Below, in pieces: positions 40,305-47,462 of a stretch of DNA of 64,000 nt. Below the pieces are notes generated by a model that worked only from the letters and a program-made list of their open reading frames with translations, did no database searches and had not been told where the DNA came from. How positions within the stretch are numbered: the first letter of the stretch is position 1; each line of letters opens with the position of its first letter. The stretch spans positions 31,398 through 95,397 of the forward strand of contig CAYQPW010000007.1 in assembly GCA_964419565.1 (NCBI GenBank). Reading direction: 5' to 3'. Position numbers and translations under genes: made by a program. This stretch comes from an uncultured bacterium. Its GTDB lineage: Bacteria > Hydrothermota > Tepidihabitantia > SM23-42.

Positions 40305-40952
40305 ATGAAATGGTTTAGACGCGAAAATAAGTTTATTCTGGATTCATCAAGCATCATTGATGGACGAGTTATCCATCTTTTCGATAAAAAAATATTAGAA
40401 GGCAGGATCATAATACCCGATCTGGTGCTGTTTATTGTTAAGAGATTTATTGGACCGCGTGGCGAAACAGCGGTAAATGTTCTCAAGCGAAATGCAACTG
40501 TCGAGTTCGTCGATGTGAAGGGTAATGGCTTAGTTGAAGAGGAGTGTGTGCTTAAGGTTGCCCGCAGTAAACGCGCAAAAGTGATTACGACATCAGATGA
40601 AGTTCGACGGCACGCACAACTTTTTCCACAGGTAAAGATCCTCGACATCAGGGACCTTTACCGCTTGCTTACGCCGATTTTTGTGCCTAATAAGCTCATA
40701 TCAGTGAGGATCCTGAAGCGAGGATTGAATCACACCGAGGGCGTCGGTTATATTGAAGGTGTGAAGATAGTCGTTGAGAATGGTGCCAAGTATGTGAATC
40801 AAACGGTTAGTGCCCGGGTGACAACCATGCTCGCATTCGAAACGGGTAACCTTGTATTTTGCGTTCTTGCTGGGGAAGAGGGGGAGAATTCTACGCCGGT
40901 AAACAAAGTAAGAAACAGAGGAGGTCGGGTCGATGGATCATCACATCGATGA
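40305..40952 (+). CDS. PIN + TRAM domain protein (YacL-like)
   Basis: ILDSSSIIDGR (PIN acidic start), T.D motif in VITTSDE, C-terminal TRAM-like beta domain. Follows radA as yacL does in Firmicutes. AGGAGGAAGC precedes ATG 40305. Confidence 0.65.
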   Translation: MKWFRRENKFILDSSSIIDGRVIHLFDKKILEGRIIIPDLVLFIVKRFIGPRGETAVNVLKRNATVEFVDVKGNGLVEEECVLKVARSKRAKVITTSDEVRRHAQLFPQVKILDIRDLYRLLTPIFVPNKLISVRILKRGLNHTEGVGYIEGVKIVVENGAKYVNQTVSARVTTMLAFETGNLVFCVLAGEEGENSTPVNKVRNRGGRVDGSSHR

Positions 40953-41997
40953 AATCCTCAAGAAACTTACTCTGGCGACCGGGGTCGGATATTCGGGCGA
41001 TATTAAAAATATAGTACAGGATCAGCTGAAGAATCTCAATATCGATGCAAAGATCGAGAAAGATGGCAGTGTCTGTGGTTATCTCAAAGGCACGACGGAT
41101 TGTGGTGTTATGATCGCATGTCATATTGATGAAGTAGGTTTCTTAATAAATTCTATTGATGATGCTGGCCGACTTGGATTGAGTGAAGTCGGCGGCAGTG
41201 ATGTGAGTATATTGCCCGGTCAAGAGGTTATGGTCCATGGGTCGAGATCGGTTCGGGGATATATCGGCGCTAAACCGCCACATTTGGTACCCAAGGAGGA
41301 TCGCGAGACGATATTAGCTATTGATAAACTCTTTGTGGATACCGGCTTGCCGATAAATGAGGTAAAAAAAGTATTTAAGATCGGTGATAGTGTTTCGTTT
41401 CTTGGTAAATATCGGAGCCTGCAAAGTGATTTGCGCACTGTTAAATCCCTTGATAACCGTGCGAGTGTTGCTTGCGGGATAATGGCGATGCATGAATTGT
41501 CTCAGCGCAAGCGAAACTTGAACATCTATTTTGTCGCTACCAGTCAAGAGGAGTTCAGTGGTCTCGGAGCACGTACACACGCCTATCGACTTCCGGTTGA
41601 TTATGCAATTGTTGTAGATGTATCGTTCGGCGAGCACCCGGATCTTAAGGAGCATGAATATACGACACTTGGCAGCGGGCCAGTGATCGGGCGGGGTGCG
41701 ACCATACCTGAAAAATTGAGCGATCTGCTTATCGAAACAGCGAAAGAATTCGATATACCGTATCAAATTGAGCCTCTGCCTACCCGTACTGGTACTGATG
41801 CTGACGGCATTGCCTTTTCACGTGAAGGGATAGCTACCTGTGTCATCGGGATACCTCTGCGCTATATGCATACACCAGTGGAAGTTGTCTGTCTTAAGGA
41901 TATAGCATATACCAAGGATTTGATAGTAAAATATATTGAAAAACTTATGAAAAATGAAAAAAATCGCGTTTGTGGCGTTCGGCCAGAGGATGGTTGA
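40933..41997 (+). CDS. M42-family aminopeptidase (FrvX/CelM type)
   Basis: 354 aa. CHIDEVGF, KSLDNRAS and TSQEEFSGLGA motifs match the M42 metal-binding pattern. Confidence 0.8.
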   Translation: MDHHIDEILKKLTLATGVGYSGDIKNIVQDQLKNLNIDAKIEKDGSVCGYLKGTTDCGVMIACHIDEVGFLINSIDDAGRLGLSEVGGSDVSILPGQEVMVHGSRSVRGYIGAKPPHLVPKEDRETILAIDKLFVDTGLPINEVKKVFKIGDSVSFLGKYRSLQSDLRTVKSLDNRASVACGIMAMHELSQRKRNLNIYFVATSQEEFSGLGARTHAYRLPVDYAIVVDVSFGEHPDLKEHEYTTLGSGPVIGRGATIPEKLSDLLIETAKEFDIPYQIEPLPTRTGTDADGIAFSREGIATCVIGIPLRYMHTPVEVVCLKDIAYTKDLIVKYIEKLMKNEKNRVCGVRPEDG

Positions 41998-42021
41998 CAT
42001 CGATAATAATATGACTATAAT
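41994..42021 (+). promoter_or_regulatory. sigma-70-type promoter upstream of the sdhB-like gene
   Basis: TTGACA (41994-41999), 16-nt spacer, TATAAT (42016-42021). AT-rich region about 97 nt upstream of ATG 42119. Confidence 0.6.
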
Positions 42022-42118
42022 AGACAGATTTTTTTTAGTTCAATTAAAATATAATAAAGGTCGTTTTGCTTTTATTCAATATTCAAAAGTCATTGGAATA
42101 AGAGGAGGTTTTTAGAAA

Positions 42119-42874
42119 ATGCCTGAAAAAGATAATATAATGGATACAATTGCTGAATCCAATAAATCGGTCGTTACTGGGATCGATGAAAAGGACATCG
42201 AACATTGGATCACCATATCCATCCTGGGAAGAGAATACAAGGTTCCTGCAGGCCTTACGATCATGCAAGCGATGGAATTTGCAGGCTATCGATTTATTAG
42301 ATCGTGCGGTTGTCGAGCAGGATTCTGTGGTGCTTGTACGACCGTTTACAGGATCGAGGGCGATTACCGGTTGAAAACTGCGATGGCTTGTCAAACAAGA
42401 GTTGAACAGGGTATGTACCTGACTCAGATTCCTTTTACACCAGCCGAAAAAGCGAACTACGATATCAATAAACTATCCCCAGGTATTGAGGCTTTCTTGG
42501 CTAATTATCCCGAGATTCTAAGGTGTTTAGGTTGTAATGCGTGCACTAAGGCATGTCCTCAGGATATTGATGTGATGGAATATATCGCCGCTGGTAAAAG
42601 AGGCGATGTCGGATTGATGGCAGAAATATCTTTTGATTGCATAATGTGTGGATTGTGTGCAATACGCTGTCCTGCAGAACTCGCGCAGTATAATTATGCT
42701 CAGCTCGCGAGGAGGCTCCATGGGAAATATGAAACACCAGCTCCAGAACATTTAAACGCAAGGGTAAAAGAGATCGGCGATGGCAAATACAATTCAGAAC
42801 TCGATAAACTTGTGCAGACTAATACAGAGGAATTAAGAAAACTGTATACCGCACGGGATATAGAAAAGGCTTGA
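42119..42874 (+). CDS. succinate dehydrogenase / fumarate reductase Fe-S subunit-like protein
   Basis: N-terminal 2Fe-2S pattern SCGCRAGFCGAC...C, then CLGCNACTKACP and CIMCGLCAIRCP ferredoxin motifs. 251 aa. Confidence 0.75.
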   Translation: MPEKDNIMDTIAESNKSVVTGIDEKDIEHWITISILGREYKVPAGLTIMQAMEFAGYRFIRSCGCRAGFCGACTTVYRIEGDYRLKTAMACQTRVEQGMYLTQIPFTPAEKANYDINKLSPGIEAFLANYPEILRCLGCNACTKACPQDIDVMEYIAAGKRGDVGLMAEISFDCIMCGLCAIRCPAELAQYNYAQLARRLHGKYETPAPEHLNARVKEIGDGKYNSELDKLVQTNTEELRKLYTARDIEKA

Positions 42875-42884
42875 GGGGGTAAAA

Positions 42885-44540
42885 ATGGCAGAACTGAAAT
42901 TCATCGGTGGTTATCCAGAATACATGAGAAAGCATATCGAAGTGGTCAACAGCACCAGGGCTCAGCGCAAGGATTTCACCCCTAAAGCGATGACCATGGA
43001 AGAGCGTGATGAAGTGCTAAAAGTCCACCCTGATTATGCCCCTGGCGGGAAACGTGCGATCGGCTTAGGACCCAATAAAGGGGATATGGCACCGAATGAA
43101 GTGGCTGATCTACTTGAAGCATATCCTTTGATCAAGGGCGATGAAATAGATGTGAACAAACCGGATTACACTGTCGACCTTTTGATCGTGGGCGGCGGTC
43201 TGGCTGGAACTTCAGCGGCGGTCTGGGCAAATGATAAGGGTGTTGATACAGAGAAGATACTTCTTGTGAATAAATTACGGCACGGCGATGCTAATTCAAT
43301 AATGGCTGAGGGTGGTACTCAGGCGGCAGATCGAGATAATGATTCGCCAGCGCGTCATTTCCTTGATGCGATCGGTGGTGGTCATTTTACAAATAAACCC
43401 GATGTATTAAGAGCTCTTGTTGAAGATGCACCGCTCATTATGAAGTGGCTTTGCGATCTGGGTGCGATAATCGACCGTGAAAACGACAGCAGTTTTGTTG
43501 AAAAAGCCGGCGGTGGAACATCGAGAAGAAGGATGCATGCATGCAAAGACTACACAGGATTGGAAGAGTTGAGAGTTATCAGGGATGAATTCAGGAGCCG
43601 GCAGATACCGTGCATTGAATATTATCCGGTCATAGAAATCCTGACCGACGGCAATCGGGTAACGGGTGCAGTGCTCTACAATCTGGAGACCGGTGATTAC
43701 AAGATCGTACAGGCCAAAGCCACGATTTTGGCAACCGGCGGTTTTGGAAGACTCCATGTTCGTGGTTTTCCAACGACAAATCATTATGGTGCGACTTGTG
43801 ACGGTGTTGTCCTTGCCTACCGCGCCGGTGCCAGACTGAGAGATACGGATACGGTCCAGTATCATCCGACCGGTGCTGCATACCCTCAGCAGATAATCGG
43901 TCTTTTGCTAACCGAGAAACTAAGAGGCATGGGTGCGCAGCCGGTCAACAAAGATGGCGAAGCATTCGTTTTTCCTCTGGAACCACGTGATGTCGAAGCA
44001 GCGAGTTTTATTCGAGAGTGTTATGTGAAAGACAAGGGTGTTGTAACACCTACTGGTATGCGTGGTGTCTGGCTTGATACACCGATGATCGAGTTGAAAA
44101 ATGGCAGCGGCGCGATTGAAAAATCATTTCCGGGTATGTTTCGTATGTTCCAACGGTTCGATCTTGATATGCGTAAAGATCCGGTTCTTGTATTCCCTAC
44201 ATTGCACTATCAGAATGGCGGCGTTGAAACCGACCCGTGGGGAAAGACGAATGTCGATGGCTTGTGGGTTGCCGGTGAAGTTTCTGGCGGCGTGCATGGC
44301 AAGAACCGTCTCATGGGTAACTCAACCCTTGATTGCTTGGTTTTCGGTCGCAGGTCAGGGATCTCTACTGCCGAATATCTTAAATCTAATCCCGGGTATG
44401 GGAAATTAACGACCGATCATTTGAATAATTATGTGAAATTGCTCAAAGAGGCTGGTATCGAGACGACCCGTAAGGCACCTATTTTACTCCCTGAATACCG
44501 CGGTAAGGCAGTACTGGCTCGTATGATCGATATTTTTTAG
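42885..44540 (+). CDS. SdhA/FrdA-family FAD flavoprotein with N-terminal extension
   Basis: LLIVGGGLAGTSAA dinucleotide fold begins near residue 98. VQYHPTG, TLHYQNGG and GEVSGGVHGKNRLMGNS motifs. GDANSIMAEGG has Asn where SdhA has the FAD-linking His. Confidence 0.8.
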   Translation: MAELKFIGGYPEYMRKHIEVVNSTRAQRKDFTPKAMTMEERDEVLKVHPDYAPGGKRAIGLGPNKGDMAPNEVADLLEAYPLIKGDEIDVNKPDYTVDLLIVGGGLAGTSAAVWANDKGVDTEKILLVNKLRHGDANSIMAEGGTQAADRDNDSPARHFLDAIGGGHFTNKPDVLRALVEDAPLIMKWLCDLGAIIDRENDSSFVEKAGGGTSRRRMHACKDYTGLEELRVIRDEFRSRQIPCIEYYPVIEILTDGNRVTGAVLYNLETGDYKIVQAKATILATGGFGRLHVRGFPTTNHYGATCDGVVLAYRAGARLRDTDTVQYHPTGAAYPQQIIGLLLTEKLRGMGAQPVNKDGEAFVFPLEPRDVEAASFIRECYVKDKGVVTPTGMRGVWLDTPMIELKNGSGAIEKSFPGMFRMFQRFDLDMRKDPVLVFPTLHYQNGGVETDPWGKTNVDGLWVAGEVSGGVHGKNRLMGNSTLDCLVFGRRSGISTAEYLKSNPGYGKLTTDHLNNYVKLLKEAGIETTRKAPILLPEYRGKAVLARMIDIF

Positions 44541-44570
44541 CACAGATCATTGATATCGGCTTGATATATG

Positions 44571-44600
44571 AAGGGGCAGCGTGAAGCTGCCCCTTTTTTA
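44571..44600. terminator. rho-independent terminator between convergent genes
   Basis: AAGGGGCAGC-GTGAA-GCTGCCCCTT stem-loop (8 GC-rich bp plus AA/TT) followed by TTTTTT. Lies between the SdhA-like stop (44540) and the minus-strand stop (44625). Confidence 0.85.
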
Positions 44601-44624
44601 TTATTAACCGTAATCCGTTATCGG

Positions 44625-46208
44625 TTAACTGTCCAATATCTTGTTTACTTCTTCCTTGTCAACATCCATGACATAGGGGATACCCGAAATCTTGGCCGCT
44701 TCCTTGGTGATCGATGCGATGTCATCACGGGTGATGTGTTCGAGCGCGAATTTTCGGTTTCCAGTCATTAATTGCTTGAGCCCCTGGGCAAGCCGTTCAA
44801 TATATGTATATACACCCAAGGCGCCGGTTGGTACCTGGTCAAAATCTTTACCCAGTTCTTTGCGTAATTTCGGTGCAGTCACGAATATCTCTTCTTTTCT
44901 ATTCCCAAAACGCTCGACAAATACGGGTACTTCTGCTTCGTTTATCTTACGACCAATGGTTTTCCCGACCATCGCGGCACATAACGGAGCCCGGGCCATA
45001 CCCACGAGCTTTGTATAAGGTGCACCGAGCGCCAGGGCTTTAAATATCTGGTCTTCGAATGCGATACCGCCGGCAAATGCCAGGTCTGCTACATACTTGC
45101 CTTTCTTTGCCAAGCGGTGTGTATACTCATAGGTAAGCGAATGGATCTCGACCGGCGGTATACCCCATTCATTCATCATGCGCCATGGACTCATGCCCGT
45201 ACCGCCGCCGGCACCGTCAACAGTCAATAGATCGATCTTAGCTTCCGAAGCGAATTTTACAGCTCGTGCCAGATCAGCCGGACGGTAAGCACCAGTTTTT
45301 AGGAAGACATATTTTGCACCTGCTTGACGGAGTTCCTCGACTCTCTTGCAGAAAGATTCCAGCTCGACCATACCGATCCTAGAATGTCTTTCAAATTCAG
45401 AAAAGGCTCTTCTATTGAAGGCTTCGATAACATCCGGGTCTAATGGATCGGGTAAAACCACATAACCGCGTTTTCTCAGGGTCTGGGCTTTTTTAAGGTC
45501 CTTTATTTTTACTTCTCCGCCGATATCTTTTGCGCCTTGTCCCCATTTTAATTCAGCGGTTTCGACACCTAATTTCTGTATGGCAAATTCCTGTACACCA
45601 AGCCTCGTATCTTCTACGTTAGCCTGGATAATGATCATACCATAACCATCTTTCTGCCATTTCTTATAGGTTTTTACACGGTATTCCAGGTCTGGTGCTT
45701 TAAGGATCTTCCCGTTCTTAATCTCACTTGTCATATCCATGGCTACGACATTCTCGCCAATTGTAAGCATGCACCCGGCCAGGGCTGTGCCGATCGCGAG
45801 TCCGTCCCAGTTGTTCTTGGCTACATTTGTCGATCCCAGGCCCGGGACAACCATGGGGAACTTCAACTTGATGGATTTATTAGCACCCACTTTCTGGTTC
45901 AAGTTGACATTAGGGAAGATCGCTTTATCCGGATCAGCTTCGATACCGATCGCGCCTACGGCCGTTCCCATGATATTGAAGTGGGAATAATCGACTGGAT
46001 AGTTCTTTTCTGATGCAGCAGTTATGATTCCAAATGGCTGCGGATAGATAACTTCGTGACCGCGGTAAGCAGATTTACCGACTTCGCACATACCGATACA
46101 GCCATCCACACAGGTGACGCACATCCCACTTAAGGGTACTATAGAATCTTCAGTTCTATTTTTTGTTAAGGTTGCAGCTGACGCATTTATTTTTGATAAA
46201 GACGGCAT
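44625..46208 (-). CDS. glutamate synthase domain-2-like FMN/Fe-S oxidoreductase (GltB-related)
   Basis: VDGAGGGTGMSP FMN-domain signature and N-terminal CVTCVDGCIGMC cysteine cluster. ATG at 46208 follows AAAGGAG; the GTG at 46223 in the track overlaps that ribosome-binding site. Confidence 0.8.
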   Translation of the reverse strand: MPSLSKINASAATLTKNRTEDSIVPLSGMCVTCVDGCIGMCEVGKSAYRGHEVIYPQPFGIITAASEKNYPVDYSHFNIMGTAVGAIGIEADPDKAIFPNVNLNQKVGANKSIKLKFPMVVPGLGSTNVAKNNWDGLAIGTALAGCMLTIGENVVAMDMTSEIKNGKILKAPDLEYRVKTYKKWQKDGYGMIIIQANVEDTRLGVQEFAIQKLGVETAELKWGQGAKDIGGEVKIKDLKKAQTLRKRGYVVLPDPLDPDVIEAFNRRAFSEFERHSRIGMVELESFCKRVEELRQAGAKYVFLKTGAYRPADLARAVKFASEAKIDLLTVDGAGGGTGMSPWRMMNEWGIPPVEIHSLTYEYTHRLAKKGKYVADLAFAGGIAFEDQIFKALALGAPYTKLVGMARAPLCAAMVGKTIGRKINEAEVPVFVERFGNRKEEIFVTAPKLRKELGKDFDQVPTGALGVYTYIERLAQGLKQLMTGNRKFALEHITRDDIASITKEAAKISGIPYVMDVDKEEVNKILDS

Positions 46209-46251
46209 TTTTTCTCCTTTCACTGTAAAAGTTTTTTGGCGAATGGTAATA

Positions 46252-46273
46252 GGTTACGATGCCCGTTGTACGT
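46252..46273. repeat. left arm of inverted repeat flanking the four-helix-bundle ORF
   Basis: GGTTACGATGCCCGTTGTACGT. Its core ACGATGCCCGTT is complementary in 11 of 12 nt to AACGGGCTTCGT at 46720-46731. Confidence 0.65.
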
Positions 46274-46286
46274 ACAGTCCTGACGA

Positions 46287-46697
46287 TCACGAACCATTTT
46301 TATCATCCTGCCTAAACTGGCGCCATGCCGATAATAGATTATAAAGCTGGCGTCCAGATTTATCATAGACATCTATTAAATTTTCACAAAGCGAGGTATC
46401 TACAAGATGACCATAGATATCTCTTGTTTGACATATGCTTACAACTGTTTCATTACATTCAGCCATTGCATCGTCCAAATACTTGCGAAATCCAGACTTC
46501 TGATGCCTTTTAGCATAACCTTCAGCAATAAGGCGGGGGATAGCTTTTGAAGATCGGCTCAGTTGACTTACCAGATCATATTTCTCGTTCTTTAGCAATT
46601 GGGGGATCAGTTTTTTCATTACTTCTATACAGGCAGTGTATGTGTTTCGATACACCTCAAGGTCTTGAAAACTGGTTATTCGTTTTCTATTCTTCAT
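46287..46697 (-). CDS. four-helix-bundle protein (23S rRNA intervening-sequence protein / Avd family)
   Basis: 136 aa. FQDLEVY...QLSRSSKAIPRLIAEGYAKR is the hallmark of this family. Confidence 0.8.
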   Translation of the reverse strand: MKNRKRITSFQDLEVYRNTYTACIEVMKKLIPQLLKNEKYDLVSQLSRSSKAIPRLIAEGYAKRHQKSGFRKYLDDAMAECNETVVSICQTRDIYGHLVDTSLCENLIDVYDKSGRQLYNLLSAWRQFRQDDKNGS

Positions 46698-46710
46698 ACG
46701 TATCCCTTTG

Positions 46711-46748
46711 ACGACGAACGAAACGGGCTTCGTTGCCCTTGCCGATAC
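46711..46748. repeat. right arm of inverted repeat flanking the four-helix-bundle ORF
   Basis: ACGACGAACGAAACGGGCTTCGTTGCCCTTGCCGATAC. Contains a local AACGAA/TTCGTT hairpin and shares the CGTTGCCCTTGCCG motif with 49342-49356. Confidence 0.65.
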
Positions 46749-46751
46749 ACA

Positions 46752-47450
46752 TCATTTTTTACTTTTCCGTTGATCTGGCCTGCCTTCGCAAGTGCCGCAG
46801 TCACCGGTCGTTCCCATCCAGCATTGATAGTCATCGTGTGTTTCAATGCAGGTTGGTTCGAGTGAAAGACAGCCACTGCACAGGTCAGTCGTTGCATCTG
46901 GACCCTGACATCGTAACTGACAAGCCGGGCAGATATAGATGCAACCACCACACAGGCGACATGTTTCTGATCTTATGTCAAAAGGGGTGGTGATTTTCTT
47001 TTTATAACCCCGTTCAACGAAACCGATCGCACCTGCTTGCATCTGCTCTTTGCACATCCTGACACATTTTCCACACAGAATACAATCTTCATGTCGTACA
47101 GGTAGTCTTACCTTGGTGACGCTAAATTTTGATGCCAGGTCCTGGATCGTCTTTGATGAAGGGCAGATCGCAACGAGCATTTCGATCATCATCTTGCGCG
47201 CCTTTATTACTCTTTTCGTATTTGTGCGTACGACAAGTCCATCCTCGACAGGATAGGTACAAGAACTAACAAGTTTGGCACTGTCGCCTTCACCGATCTC
47301 TACAAGGCATAGCCGACAGCCACCATAAGGTTCTAACCCATCGTCATAACACAGTGTTGGGATTTCAAGACCATAGAACTTGCAAACCTCCAAAACCGTT
47401 GTATAACTATCAGGAACCCGGACATTGAGACCATTTAGTTTTATTGTCAT
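46752..47450 (-). CDS. NuoG/HydA N-terminal-like Fe-S protein (2Fe-2S plus 4Fe-4S), no catalytic domain
   Basis: CYDDGLEPYGGCRLCLVEI..SC 2Fe-2S pattern; CILCGKCVRMC and CRLCGGCIYICP ferredoxin motifs; Cys-rich tail. Ends at 232 aa with no H-cluster motifs. Confidence 0.75.
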   Translation of the reverse strand: MTIKLNGLNVRVPDSYTTVLEVCKFYGLEIPTLCYDDGLEPYGGCRLCLVEIGEGDSAKLVSSCTYPVEDGLVVRTNTKRVIKARKMMIEMLVAICPSSKTIQDLASKFSVTKVRLPVRHEDCILCGKCVRMCKEQMQAGAIGFVERGYKKKITTPFDIRSETCRLCGGCIYICPACQLRCQGPDATTDLCSGCLSLEPTCIETHDDYQCWMGTTGDCGTCEGRPDQRKSKK

Positions 47451-47462
47451 TTTTGCTCCTAT

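Noticed and set aside
44604-44624. TTAACCG..CGGTTAA inverted repeat as a separate terminator for the minus-strand operon
   Set aside because: The stem is short (7 bp) and AT-containing, lies immediately downstream of the stop codon at 44625-44627, and has no U-tract. The adjacent GC-rich hairpin at 44571-44600 explains termination better.
46287-46697. Avd component of a diversity-generating retroelement
   Set aside because: The protein family fits Avd. However, no reverse transcriptase, template/variable repeat pair or target gene is visible anywhere in the 64 kb.
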